Below are positions 30,553-40,610 of a stretch of 64,000 nt of DNA, piece by piece. Made by a program: the position numbers and the translations under genes. Within the stretch, counting starts at the first letter, position 1. Each line of letters opens with the position of its first letter. This DNA comes from Candidatus Latescibacterota bacterium. Its GTDB lineage: Bacteria > Latescibacterota > UBA2968 > GCA-2709665. The stretch covers positions 3,424,001 to 3,488,000 of the forward strand of contig OZ242180.1 in the NCBI GenBank assembly GCA_965205485.1, in the 5' to 3' direction. The notes under the pieces are model-generated. The model saw only the letters and a list, made by a program, of their open reading frames with translations, was not told the DNA's origin and made no database searches.

Positions 30553-30936
30553 ATGGGCGATTCATCGAATTTCCCCGATTCAGTTGAACTGGGGCGCATG
30601 GCGCCCTGCATTGCAGTCAGCAATGTCGAGAAGTCCGTGGCATTCTACGCGTCGATGCTGGGAATGCGCAAGACGTTCGAGAACGGGAATCCGGTCGGGT
30701 TTGTGATCATGAAGAAAGACCGGGCCGAGTTGCACCTGTCGTTGCGCCGTGACAAAGAGTCAAGCACTCACAACGTCGCGCACCTGAAAGTGAGTGATGC
30801 GAACGCGCTTTACAATCATCTCAGCAACTCGGGAGTACGGATCATCAAGGGACTGCGCGATCAGCAATACGGTCTTCGGGACTTCGTCATCGCAGACCCT
30901 GATGGCAATCGAATTGACATAGGGCAACCGCTTTAA
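30553..30936 (+). CDS. VOC/glyoxalase family protein
   Basis: SVAFY, YGLRDFVIADPDGNRI; GGAGGT RBS. Confidence 0.92.
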   Translation: MGDSSNFPDSVELGRMAPCIAVSNVEKSVAFYASMLGMRKTFENGNPVGFVIMKKDRAELHLSLRRDKESSTHNVAHLKVSDANALYNHLSNSGVRIIKGLRDQQYGLRDFVIADPDGNRIDIGQPL

Positions 30937-31051
30937 GGAGCCCTGCTGGCAAAACGCGATGATCGGGCCCGGGACCCTTCGCTGACTTCATCGTCGCCCT
31001 GGCAGGCTTCACCTGCGCTGCCGGCGTCGGTGATATTTCAAGGAAATCGAA

Positions 31052-31933
31052 TTGAAGCGAATCATCCACGTCGTCGGGCTTCAGAAATCAGGCACTTCTC
31101 TCCTGGTCAGAATGCTCGAGAACACCGGCATGGCCGAATTCCTCGGAGGGCGAGGAAGAACAGAAGGCGGAATAGACTGGGGCAACAGGCCGTCGTTTAC
31201 GCCCACGGCGTTTCCTGCCGGTGTCATCTATCAGCGAAATTCGGGAGACGAGGGTCATGAGATTGGCGCCGGCGATGCGACTCCGGACACGGTGGAGTAC
31301 GTACGCAGGGATGCGGAAGCCAGACTTGATTCCCTTCCAACGGAATTGGGCATCAGCAAATGCCCGTACAGTACGGTTCGGCTTCCCTGGATCAGGGCAA
31401 TTCTACCTGGTATGTTCGTTGTTGCCGTTGTCAGAAAACCGGTCTCGAATACCTTCTCGCTTCTCAAACGATTCCGGCACGTCGACGGATCGCGCGGGCC
31501 GGAAGACGGCTGGTGGGGTGTCAAGCCATGCGGATGGCGGGAAATGGTATCTTCCGACAAGATCACTCAGGTTGCAAACCAGTGGAACGCCGTCAATTCA
31601 AAGCTGTGGCAGGACCGCCGGCTGGTTGATCGGTTCGTTCGGTACGACATCCTGTGTCGATACCCTAAGGAAACCCTTGAGGGGTTGCTGGGCGGTGCGC
31701 TTGAAGAAAAAGTGACTCTGGAGCGCGAATTCCCGGTGCTTCGAGACTTCGACGATGAATACCTCAGGGGTTCAGGACTCGAGCCCAAGCGGCGGAAGTG
31801 GATAGACTTGAACGAACTGGTCCTGTTTCGAGATGACGACCCGGAAATCGGTCCCCTGTCCACCAACGAGATCGACACTGTCAGACAGATCTGTGAGAGT
31901 ACTTCCCGAACGCTTGGTCTGATGGACTGTTGA
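31052..31933 (+). CDS. Sulfotransferase-like P-loop protein
   Basis: VVGLQKSGTS, KCP, VRKP motifs. Confidence 0.75.
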   Translation: MKRIIHVVGLQKSGTSLLVRMLENTGMAEFLGGRGRTEGGIDWGNRPSFTPTAFPAGVIYQRNSGDEGHEIGAGDATPDTVEYVRRDAEARLDSLPTELGISKCPYSTVRLPWIRAILPGMFVVAVVRKPVSNTFSLLKRFRHVDGSRGPEDGWWGVKPCGWREMVSSDKITQVANQWNAVNSKLWQDRRLVDRFVRYDILCRYPKETLEGLLGGALEEKVTLEREFPVLRDFDDEYLRGSGLEPKRRKWIDLNELVLFRDDDPEIGPLSTNEIDTVRQICESTSRTLGLMDC

Positions 31934-32013
31934 TTGTTGTGATCCCTGCGCGGTGTAGTTTGCTGGCACGGGTTTTGTTGCAGTAGAAAACGTCGAGTGA
32001 AAGGTGGTAAAAG

Positions 32014-32805
32014 GTGATCACGCACAAAGAGAGAGACACGTTCGAACTCTACAGCCATCCGGAGATCTATGACGTTGCCTTCTCATGGGATCTCTCTGAC
32101 GAGATACGCTTCTTCAAACGCGTCTTTGAAATGCACGTACCGTTCCCTGTGAACGACGTTCTCGAACCGGCCTGTGGCACTGGGCGAATGCTGCGAGCGC
32201 TGGCTGGCGCTGGGATCCAGGTCACGGGTTATGACGCCAACCCGTCCATGGCGCAGTACGCAAAGGACTCGATTGCAGCGGATGGCACAGATTTCCGCGT
32301 GATGCTTGCCGAAATGGCATCCGCTGAGATCCCCGGCTTATTCGATGCAGCGGTGAATTCGATTAACAGCATCGGATACCTGCACTCCGATGACGATATC
32401 GTCTCGCATCTGCGAATGACCGGTTCATCACTCCGGGAGGAGGGGGTCTACGTTCTCCATCTTAACTTCGCCCATACGGGTGATCTCCCGGATGGTGATC
32501 ATTGGACGCAAGAACGCGGCGGCATTCGCGTGAGTACGTCGTGGAGAATCCTGAACGAAGACAGAGAATCGAGATTGTGTCACCAGGTATGCACGATTGT
32601 GGTCGAGCAGAATGGGAAAACCGATCGATATGAGGAGAGCCATACGTTAAGGCTTTGGCTTTTTTCCGATCTGGTGAAACTGGCACACAAATCCGAAGCA
32701 TTCGAAGTCGCGGCGATTTACGGGGAGGATTTCGTAGAGATTGAGGATAAAGAGCACGTGTCCGGCGAACATGGAAACGTCTACGTGATACTCCGGAAAG
32801 TCTGA
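32014..32805 (+). CDS. Class I SAM-dependent methyltransferase
   Basis: VLEPACGTGR motif I. Confidence 0.9.
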   Translation: MITHKERDTFELYSHPEIYDVAFSWDLSDEIRFFKRVFEMHVPFPVNDVLEPACGTGRMLRALAGAGIQVTGYDANPSMAQYAKDSIAADGTDFRVMLAEMASAEIPGLFDAAVNSINSIGYLHSDDDIVSHLRMTGSSLREEGVYVLHLNFAHTGDLPDGDHWTQERGGIRVSTSWRILNEDRESRLCHQVCTIVVEQNGKTDRYEESHTLRLWLFSDLVKLAHKSEAFEVAAIYGEDFVEIEDKEHVSGEHGNVYVILRKV

Positions 32806-32882
32806 TCACTCACGGGAGATGAAATGCCGATCTCGACTCGCCGCGGCTCCAGGCAGCAGGCGATGAAGAACCCCAATACTGA

Positions 32883-32911
32883 TTGCGACGATTACAGATA
32901 ATGGCTATCTT
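32883..32911 (+). promoter_or_regulatory. Putative sigma70 promoter of hicBA
   Basis: TTGCGA-17bp-TATCTT upstream of hicB. Confidence 0.4.
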
Positions 32912-32965
32912 TGTTCAGTTAAATGGCATCATTAGCAATCAGGAAAGAAGCCATCGGATAGAGAT

Positions 32966-33187
32966 ATGAGCGATTTTAGGTTCAGGGTACTCATTGTGCA
33001 GGACGAAGACGGTATTTTCGTGGCTGAGGTCCCCGCGTTACCGGGGTGTATTTCACAGGGTTCTACGCGACAGGAAGCCCTGGCAAATGCCCGGGAAGCC
33101 ATCGAACTCTATATCGAGAGTCTTGAAGCCCACGGAGACCCGATTCCACCCGCAATTGCGGAACAAATCGTCGAGATCAAGATGTGA
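32966..33187 (+). CDS. hicB: HicB family antitoxin (short form)
   Basis: VPALPGCISQGSTRQEALANAREAIELY. Confidence 0.92.
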   Translation: MSDFRFRVLIVQDEDGIFVAEVPALPGCISQGSTRQEALANAREAIELYIESLEAHGDPIPPAIAEQIVEIKM

Positions 33188-33397
33188 GCCCGCTCCCGGT
33201 TGTCTCCGGTCGCGACGTTGTCAGCGCATAGGGCAAGAAAGGCTATGAGTACGATCGTCAACGCAGTAGCCACATCGTCTTACGACTCAATCGAGAACCT
33301 TATCGCCGAATCGTTGTCCCCAACCATAGGCAGGTTGCCAAAGGCGATCATTCGCGAGGCGGGATTGACCGTGGATGAATTTAACGCCTTGTTGTGA
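33184..33397 (+). pseudogene. hicA: HicA family toxin pseudogene
   Basis: MSPLPVVSGRDVVSA*GKKGY..RQRSSHI..VVPNH..AKG then frameshift to AIIREAGLTVDEF; TAG at 33229 and deletion near 33345. Confidence 0.88.
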
Positions 33398-33455
33398 GGT
33401 CGTTTCTCGCCATCGTTGGATGGATTCTGATACCCATCGGACGTTGAAACACGAG

Positions 33456-33490
33456 ACGGGGTGATGAACACCCCGTTACTTTTTTTATTT
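33456..33490 (+). terminator. Intrinsic terminator
   Basis: ACGGGGTG/CACCCCGT stem followed by a T-rich tract. Confidence 0.75.
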
Positions 33491-33766
33491 TTGCTCCGTA
33501 TCCGTATTTTCCCCAAAAGCCTCAATATTCGGTGGATCGCGGAACTTGCCCTGAGCTTGCAGAAGAGAACCCTGACCTGACAGGTACCACTCGGCAACCC
33601 TCGACAGCATCAGCGACCACGATCTCAGGGCCAATGCTTCGGTTGGAAACCGGAAAGACGCCCCAAAAGTGGCATTCAAGGACAGATCGAGAACAAAATC
33701 GATCTTGAACCCTGGTCTCTGATTTCCGATTTTGCGGATTAACCGACAGCGCACCGAGGAACTGAA

Positions 33767-33961
33767 ATGAAGCTTTTTCTGGAACTCACAGATTCACAAA
33801 ACGAAAAGTTGGATTCAACCGCCAGACGACTTGGAATACGTCCGGAGGAGCTTGCAAAGGAAGCGTTGGATGAATTGCTTGATAAGCTTCAAGAGGATTT
33901 CGAGGCCGCGGCACAGCGCGTCTTAAGCAAGAATGAGGAACTCTATAGAAGGCTGAGTTAA
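33767..33961 (+). CDS. Putative antitoxin (RHH/CopG-like) partner of Doc
   Basis: Ends ..[20 protein letters not shown] overlap with doc; GAGGA RBS. Confidence 0.8.
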   Translation: MKLFLELTDSQNEKLDSTARRLGIRPEELAKEALDELLDKLQEDFEAAAQRVLSKNEELYRRLS

Positions 33962-34299
33962 TGAGGTATCTCTCTCTGGCAAAGGTGATCGAACTTCACA
34001 GACGCGTTGTTGATCAAAGTTGCGGAGCACCGGGGTTGCGCGATACAAGCAGATTAGAGTCGGCCGTTGCGCAACCCCGAATTTCTTTTGAGGGGCGGGA
34101 TCTATATCCTTCGCTGATCGAGAAAGCAGGCGCATTATGCTTTTCCCTGGTGCAGAACCATCCGTTTGTCGACGGGAACAAGAGATTGGGCCATGCAGCG
34201 ATGGAACGTACCCTGGCGCGCTTCGCTATACTCAGCCGTAACCAGGTAGGTGGAAGTGAACACGCGAGATCGCCTAACGGTTCAATCACTCCCCCTTGA
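33961..34299 (+). pseudogene. doc: Doc/Fic toxin with 3' end replaced by element A
   Basis: HPFVDGNKR Fic motif; sequence from about 34211 is repeat element A. Confidence 0.85.
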
Positions 34300-34471
34300 G
34301 GGGGAGTCGCAGAAGCCGAGCCGTCCCCTGAGCACTTGCCCTGAGCTTGTCGAAGGGGCAGGCGACGGCTGATGCGGTGGGGGATTTCAACGCATTACCG
34401 TATTCAAGCAGCACGGCTAAACATGCAGGCATCTTGTATAGAAGCCCTGTTGTAAAGATCTGACGTTCAGG
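34211..34471 (+). mobile_element. Composite MITE/REP element A, copy 3
   Basis: Same palindrome and arms as the other copies. Confidence 0.85.
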
Positions 34472-34592
34472 TATACTTCTATCGGTCCCCCGTGCCAGCG
34501 CGATAGAACCAGATAATCCTTGCCATTGTGGATTGACTTGATGGATTCCGGGTCAAGCCATCGGAGTTGATCTGGAATGAGAGGAGGAAGCG

Positions 34593-35087
34593 ATGGAAGT
34601 GATCCGACTCGCTGATATGCTGCCGGTCAGCCAATGTGTCGCAAAATGCGACAGTGAACATCTTGTTCTATCGGGATACGGCTACGTCCGCACCCCCGGG
34701 GTATACGAGGTACCGCTGACGATCGAAGCGGAGGCGAAGACGGATTCGACAAACCTGCGCCTCCACTTCGCGAAAGGGCACGTAATATTGAATTGGGAAG
34801 CCGTTCCGGACCAGTTGGCATGCTACGAACCGGTGTACGGGCATGCGTTCCATGTCAGGGGAAAGGGACGGATTCCGCAGGATTCATGGGTAAAGGTGTC
34901 GTGGTTGATCGAGCGGGATTTCATGCGTGTGCTGGTCGACGATGAACTCAGATATACGAACGAGGGAGAAACTGGTGATGAGTTTCATCGGATCGATTAT
35001 CGGGGTCTGATTGGTCCCGTTTGCATCGGGCCGGGGTGGGGTTCAACCGTGACCGTCCGGTCTCTGGCCGTCGAGGAGTCGGACTGA
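34593..35087 (+). CDS. Hypothetical protein (possible beta-sandwich)
   Basis: GAGGAGG RBS; 164-aa ORF. Confidence 0.65.
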   Translation: MEVIRLADMLPVSQCVAKCDSEHLVLSGYGYVRTPGVYEVPLTIEAEAKTDSTNLRLHFAKGHVILNWEAVPDQLACYEPVYGHAFHVRGKGRIPQDSWVKVSWLIERDFMRVLVDDELRYTNEGETGDEFHRIDYRGLIGPVCIGPGWGSTVTVRSLAVEESD

Positions 35088-35350
35088 TCGTGACAGGAAG
35101 GTTCATAGAGACCGCGGAACGACAATGCGAGCAAGATCCTTATCGCGCGACCTCGGACAACCCGATGAGTCGCTTTGGTTCATAATTCCGTATGACTGCT
35201 ATCCAAGATAGTTTAGAAAAGACGATCTTGGATGCGTAAGTACCTGATTTTCTTGAAAGCCGCTTCGAAGTGCCAATACAGGTCGCCTTCTTTTGGCCAC
35301 GGTTGCCCAAGACAAGAATCGATTTGGGACCGGTGTGGTTGGTGTTCCCG

Positions 35351-35499
35351 GGAGCGAGGGCATCCTGCCCTCGACGTCGGATAACTCGGTGCACAAGGTG
35401 TTTTCCGCGAACAGGTGTCAGATTTAATGGACGCGTCAGTCCCTCGACGTCGGATAGGGGTCGGTGACGCGAAGTTCGAGGGCAGGATGCCCTCGCTCC
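35351..35499. repeat. REP family 2 inverted doublet
   Basis: 35351-35373 and inverted 35477-35499; internal CCCTCGACGTCGGATA duplication. Confidence 0.85.
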
Positions 35500-35608
35500 G
35501 GTTACAGGTGGATCATGTCGTGATGGCGGTTGGGAAAGACGATTTTGGACAGGTGTGATTCCCTACCTTTTCGACAGGGTGTTCGTTAGATGGAATGGAG
35601 CCGATGAG

Positions 35609-35977
35609 ATGTTCAAAGAGGCGGTACCAATTCTGGGCGTATCGAGTTCGGAGGCTGCCGAGGAATTCTACTGCCGAAAACTCGGGTTCCGTCGCGTGTA
35701 CGCCTGGCGGCCCGACCCGACAAAGCTTGACCCCTGCTATATGGGTGTCGTCCGGGATTCGGCCCACGTCGTCATTTCCTCGTTTCCCGGTGACGGTCCG
35801 CCCGGGGCGCGGACCGTTCAGATCTACGTCGAAGACGCGGCGGCCGTCTACGCGGAGTACGGGCAAGCCGGTATCGCAGTCGGAGAACTCTCGGACCAGA
35901 GCTGGGGAAATATCGAGTTCAGCTTCGAGGATCCCGACGGTAACAGTCTGTGTATCGCGCAGGACAAGATCGGGTAG
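35609..35977 (+). CDS. VOC/bleomycin-resistance family protein
   Basis: AVPIL, EFYCRKLGF, WGNIEFSFEDPDGN. Confidence 0.9.
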   Translation: MFKEAVPILGVSSSEAAEEFYCRKLGFRRVYAWRPDPTKLDPCYMGVVRDSAHVVISSFPGDGPPGARTVQIYVEDAAAVYAEYGQAGIAVGELSDQSWGNIEFSFEDPDGNSLCIAQDKIG

Positions 35978-36078
35978 TACTCACTCCGTGGAACACAGCG
36001 CCGAAATTCCGACTCGCTATGTCACCAAGATATCCGGCGAGTACGAAACGCTGGAGTTGTCTTGCAGGATGCAGCTGA

Positions 36079-38448
36079 ATGTTGAAATCGCACCTCATCG
36101 TTTCCTGGCGCAGTCTTTCGAGACACAAGGTCGTTTCAATATTAAACGTCTCAGGGATGGCGGCAGGTATCTCTGTCGTATTATTGATCGCAATCTACGC
36201 ACAGTACGAACTCAGCTATGACCGGTTTCACAAGAATGCCGAGAGGATTTTCCGTCTGTCAGTGCGTCAGAAATTCGATAATGGTGAACGCATCTGGCAT
36301 CAATCCGCCTGGTTCATGGGCCCGCGTCTGACTGAAGAATATCCCTTTGTCCATGACTACGTCCGGTTTTTCCGCTTTAACAGAGTGATCGAGTTCCAGG
36401 ACCGCAATATCCGCGCGTCGGGTTACAGTGTCGATGCCAGCGTATTTGATATATTCACCTTTCCACTGGTAAAGGGAGATGCACGGACTGCGCTCGCAAG
36501 GCCCTTTTCGATTGTAATTACAGAATCCCTGGCGAGAAAGCTGTTTGGGAATCAAGATCCCCTGGAAAGGGTCATCAAAGCGGGGGAATTCAAGGGCAAA
36601 TCGTATTTCTTGACGGTAACCGGTGTCCTGAAGGACGTTCCCCGGAATTCGCATATTTCATTCGACTATCTGTTCTCTATAAACAGTGTAACCAGCCATC
36701 TCCCGACCTATTTCAATTCCAAAGGCTGGATGTCCGTATACACGTACGTGCTGCTTGATGACGGCTATCCTTCCAGGGGCTTCGTTGCGCAAGAACGAGA
36801 GTTCATCCGGGAATTCTACGGAAATCGAGACGCCGAACGCTTTCAACTCTCTCTGCAGCCATTGACGGATATCCATCTTGATCCAACTGTAAATCAACAG
36901 TTCTCGGCAAATGTGAGTCTCAGCCGATCCGTCTATATCTACGTCCCTGTAGTGCTGGCGATATTCATTTTGGTCGGTGTCTGTACCAACGTTGTGAACT
37001 TAAACACGGCCCGATCTCTGGACCGCTCGAGGGAAATCGGAGCCAGAAGGGTTTTTGGGGCAAGGCGATCCGAACCGGTTTTTCAGATAGCGGCAGACTC
37101 TCTCTTGATCGTCTCAGCGTCGCTGCTGGCTTCTGTTGTGATCACTTATTCGTGTCTGCCCTATCTGAATCGCCTCACGCTCACGGGGCAATCATACGAG
37201 TTTGAACACGTTACCAGCGTATTAACAACACTTTGCGTGCCTGTCTTCCTGGTTTGTATCGGCGCCGGGAGTTTGCCCGTCCTCTGGCTGGTCAGGGGAC
37301 AGCCCGCAAATATCGCGGAAGGCAAATTGGCATTCAGAACGGCAGCGTGGTTGCGGAATGTGCTGTTTCTGTTTCAGGTAGGGATTTCCACACTTCTGCT
37401 GATTGTTGCTTCAATCGTATACTTGCAGTTGGACCATATCGACAAAAGGAACCTGGGTCTGACGCCAGACCACGTCTTCTATTTTTCCACGCCGGGCCTT
37501 TCGACGCATCAACGCCTGTCGATAGAGCGGGAGTTGAGGCGATCACCATTGATTCTCAACATCGCGTCGGGCGGCATCCCGGGAGGAGTTCTTCAAAGCT
37601 ACACGGCACGAGGTCGTTCCGTTTCTGGCAATGTATCCATCCGGAGTCTCGCGGCGAGTCGTCACTACCTGGAGACCCTGGGCATCGAACTCAAGCAGGG
37701 GCGGGATTTTTTCGCCGAAGATGAATATCAACGCACCTGTCTACTCAATGAAACAGCCGTGCGACTGCTGGGACTGGAGTCGCCGATCGGGGAGGAAATC
37801 ACCTGGTGGAGAAAACGTCGAACGGTTGTGGGTGTGGTCAGGGATTTCAAATTTGTGGCACCGCACAAGCCGGTCGAGCCGCTGGGAATTTTCCTTGTAC
37901 AAAGCGGGTCTGGCATATTGGCGAGAATCCAACCGGAACGCACTGAAGATGCGGTAGACTGGATCCATCAGGGATGGTCACGAATCGCGCCCCGGACCGC
38001 ATTCCCGTCGAATAGCGGGTTCTTGACCGAGCGGTTTGAGCGATGGTATGCAAGAGAACGTGGCTCAAACAGGATAGTCGGCATCTGCACAGGCATCACG
38101 CTGTTGTTGGCCGGCATGGGTCTGGCGGGCTTCGTCAAGTTGACGGTTGAACAGGACACAAAGCAAATAGGAGTACGAAGAGTCCTGGGGGCATCGAAAT
38201 GGCGGGTCGTGGCGATGTACTCAGGGAAGTTTATATTTGCAGGACTCCTGGCCAGCGTCCTGGCGTGGCCTGTCGCATACTATGTCATGTCCCGATGGCT
38301 GCAGGATTTCTCCTATCGAGTTCAGCTGAGTGCGGATGTGTTTGTTTATTCGACGTTGCTTTCTCTATCGATCGTTATGTTTATTGTCGCCGGACAAACC
38401 CTTCGGGCGGCCAGGCTGAATCCCGTAAACGCCATTCGTGAAGAGTAA
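36079..38448 (+). CDS. ABC transporter permease (MacB/FtsX family, duplicated)
   Basis: YELSYDRFH, REIGARRVFGA, IGVRRVLGAS, RAARLNPVNAIR. Confidence 0.92.
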   Translation: MLKSHLIVSWRSLSRHKVVSILNVSGMAAGISVVLLIAIYAQYELSYDRFHKNAERIFRLSVRQKFDNGERIWHQSAWFMGPRLTEEYPFVHDYVRFFRFNRVIEFQDRNIRASGYSVDASVFDIFTFPLVKGDARTALARPFSIVITESLARKLFGNQDPLERVIKAGEFKGKSYFLTVTGVLKDVPRNSHISFDYLFSINSVTSHLPTYFNSKGWMSVYTYVLLDDGYPSRGFVAQEREFIREFYGNRDAERFQLSLQPLTDIHLDPTVNQQFSANVSLSRSVYIYVPVVLAIFILVGVCTNVVNLNTARSLDRSREIGARRVFGARRSEPVFQIAADSLLIVSASLLASVVITYSCLPYLNRLTLTGQSYEFEHVTSVLTTLCVPVFLVCIGAGSLPVLWLVRGQPANIAEGKLAFRTAAWLRNVLFLFQVGISTLLLIVASIVYLQLDHIDKRNLGLTPDHVFYFSTPGLSTHQRLSIERELRRSPLILNIASGGIPGGVLQSYTARGRSVSGNVSIRSLAASRHYLETLGIELKQGRDFFAEDEYQRTCLLNETAVRLLGLESPIGEEITWWRKRRTVVGVVRDFKFVAPHKPVEPLGIFLVQSGSGILARIQPERTEDAVDWIHQGWSRIAPRTAFPSNSGFLTERFERWYARERGSNRIVGICTGITLLLAGMGLAGFVKLTVEQDTKQIGVRRVLGASKWRVVAMYSGKFIFAGLLASVLAWPVAYYVMSRWLQDFSYRVQLSADVFVYSTLLSLSIVMFIVAGQTLRAARLNPVNAIREE

Positions 38449-38582
38449 TGGAGACTGGTGTCCAGAAACCTTTGGATTTTCAGAGATAAGGCTCAAAAAG
38501 CGGCTTCAATTGGCGATTTTGTACGTGTCCGACCCGGATAACGAAAACCGGGTGGTCATCAGCCGGTGTTTGTTGCAACGCA

Positions 38583-38785
38583 TGTCTTTCTGAGAGGAGC
38601 CGAAAAATCTCTCGCCGCTTCCGTTCCGCGCTGCAGGCGGACGTGCTGCCTCTCAGGTATCGACACGTGAAAATCCCACGTGGATGATCCGATGCTGCAG
38701 TAGATCCTTCGTCGGCCTGGTGGCCCCTTCGACATTTCGACAAGCTCAATGCAAGCACGCTCAGGGCAAGTCCTCTGGATGACAG
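38583..38785. repeat. TGTCATCCTGAG-type REP units with nested family 4 core
   Basis: 38695-38785 is the reverse complement of 60428-60515, with an identical ~50-bp core. Confidence 0.8.
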
Positions 38786-38849
38786 TCTTCGCGAAGGCAG
38801 GACCGACGCGTTGCGGCAATGGCTGCGGACGACTATCACCACCGTCTAT

Positions 38850-39020
38850 TTCGTGTAAATTCGCGCCATTCGTAGTTATGATTTTGTCTTTCAGCCTTTT
38901 TTCTGGTTTCTTGTCTATTCGCCGTTTCGTTTTCTGGTGTCATTCGCGTTTATTCGTGTAATTCGTAGTTTCGCCTTTTCGTTTTTCGCCGTTTCGTATT
39001 CTCGTCTTTTCGCAGTTAAT
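38850..39020 (+). repeat. T-rich short-period repeat (TTCGTG/TTCGCG/TTCGTAGTT units)
   Basis: Repeated ATTCG(C/T)G motifs at roughly 9-bp period. Confidence 0.6.
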
Positions 39021-39044
39021 CAAACCCGTTTTTGGGCAGGTGTG

Positions 39045-39707
39045 ATGTCGTTCAGGATTGCAAACGATCCGGAGGCCGATTATCGAGCGTTTGTCAGGGC
39101 GGCCTACGACCGATGCGCGATGGACTATGCGAACCAGCGAAGTCCCGCGGCCGGTGCGGAACTCAACCTTATCGAAGAACGCCTGGCGCCGGGCTCAAGA
39201 GTCCTTGACGTCGGCTGTGGGGCCGGTATCCCGGTGGTGAAGCAACTTTCTAATAAATTTGAAGTTACCGGGGTCGACATCTCATCGAGCATGATCGGTA
39301 TGGCGAGGGAAAACGTCCCTTCAGCCACGTTCATCCGCGCCGATATAACGGAGACCGGATTCCTCGAGGCCTGCTTCGATGCAATTGTTAGCTACTACGC
39401 GATCTTCCATATTCCGAGACAGGAGCATCGGGAACTCTTTCGGCGGTTCGCGCGATGGCTCAGGCCGGGCGGACTCCTTCTGTTTACGGTTGCACCGAAA
39501 GATGACGGGCCCGGATACACTGAGGATGACTTCTTCGGCGAGACCATGTACTGGAGCAACTTTGGGCCCGGGACGTACAGGAAGATTCTCACTGAAACCG
39601 GATTTGAAGTTAAACGGGAAGGGTTTGCGGTAGCCGGGCTTGCGGACGTTGAGGGGCAGACAGAAGTGCATCCATTCTTCTTCGCCGTTAGAAACGAGCT
39701 GTCCTGA
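39045..39707 (+). CDS. Class I SAM-dependent methyltransferase
   Basis: VLDVGCGAG, VTGVDIS, WLRPGG. Confidence 0.9.
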   Translation: MSFRIANDPEADYRAFVRAAYDRCAMDYANQRSPAAGAELNLIEERLAPGSRVLDVGCGAGIPVVKQLSNKFEVTGVDISSSMIGMARENVPSATFIRADITETGFLEACFDAIVSYYAIFHIPRQEHRELFRRFARWLRPGGLLLFTVAPKDDGPGYTEDDFFGETMYWSNFGPGTYRKILTETGFEVKREGFAVAGLADVEGQTEVHPFFFAVRNELS

Positions 39708-39792
39708 TCAGGTCATTCTCGTGTGGCGTGCGGCCGCGCCTTAGACCGTGCCCCCGCGTCAGTTGAGCGCCGAACGATTGGAGATCCGATTT

Positions 39793-40599
39793 GTGGAAAT
39801 TGACCAGGAACGCCTGAAGTCCATCCTGAATCAGGAACATTCGTACTATGGGTCAACGCCAGCGAAGTACCGCACCGACGGAAATATCGCCCCTCGGGCA
39901 CGGGAGATAATTGCTTCGCAGTTTCACCCCGAGATGCGGGTGCTGGATATCGGTTGCGGGAGTGGCGGGACACTTCTGCAGAATGCCAATCGCATTGGCT
40001 CGGCGCTCGGCGTCGACAATGACCACACACACATCGAATTGGCTGAAAAAGAACGTGAGACGAGGCAAGTCCGGAATGTGGAGTTCAGACTTCTCGATTT
40101 TCTTGCGGAAGGTAACGCCCTGGAGCCTGAGTCGTTCGACTTCGTCTATTCCGAACGTTCGCCTATCGGATACGACAGCTCCGGTGTACAGGCGGCTCTT
40201 CGGGTTCTGAAACCTGGCGGCCTTATCTTTTGCGAACTGATCGGCGAACTGCACCATCAGGAAGTGCGCGAAGTCTTTGGCGATCGTACGCGGCTGTCCC
40301 AGACGATAACGGTTCAGGACCAGATGCGGGTCTCTATGGAGAGGAGCGGTGTAGGGATTCGTCTTGCAGCCGACGTCGTCGAAAAGAGAATCTATCCGGA
40401 TGTCTACGAATGGCTCCAGTTCCAGTGTTCCATCTGGGCATGGGCCGGAGGAACCCTTCCGTGTTGTGATGACCCTCGCCTGAAGCTGTTCGCTGAACGC
40501 AACACGACATCATCCGGTGAGATCGAGACCACACACCACGTCGTCTGGGTCGGAGGCGTCAGACTTCCCGAAAATCCATATCCGGAACGCGTTTCTTGA
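39793..40599 (+). CDS. Class I SAM-dependent methyltransferase
   Basis: VLDIGCGSG, VLKPGG; GGAGA RBS before GTG 39793. Confidence 0.88.
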   Translation: MEIDQERLKSILNQEHSYYGSTPAKYRTDGNIAPRAREIIASQFHPEMRVLDIGCGSGGTLLQNANRIGSALGVDNDHTHIELAEKERETRQVRNVEFRLLDFLAEGNALEPESFDFVYSERSPIGYDSSGVQAALRVLKPGGLIFCELIGELHHQEVREVFGDRTRLSQTITVQDQMRVSMERSGVGIRLAADVVEKRIYPDVYEWLQFQCSIWAWAGGTLPCCDDPRLKLFAERNTTSSGEIETTHHVVWVGGVRLPENPYPERVS

Positions 40600-40610
40600 G
40601 GGGATAATTC

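Noticed and set aside
33229..33231. Amber read-through (pyrrolysine or recoding) in hicA
   Set aside because: The gene also has a frameshifting deletion, and TAG is a normal stop in many other genes here.
38937..39044. Phe-rich N-terminal extension of a methyltransferase
   Set aside because: It translates the T-rich repeat tract and is not a signal peptide.
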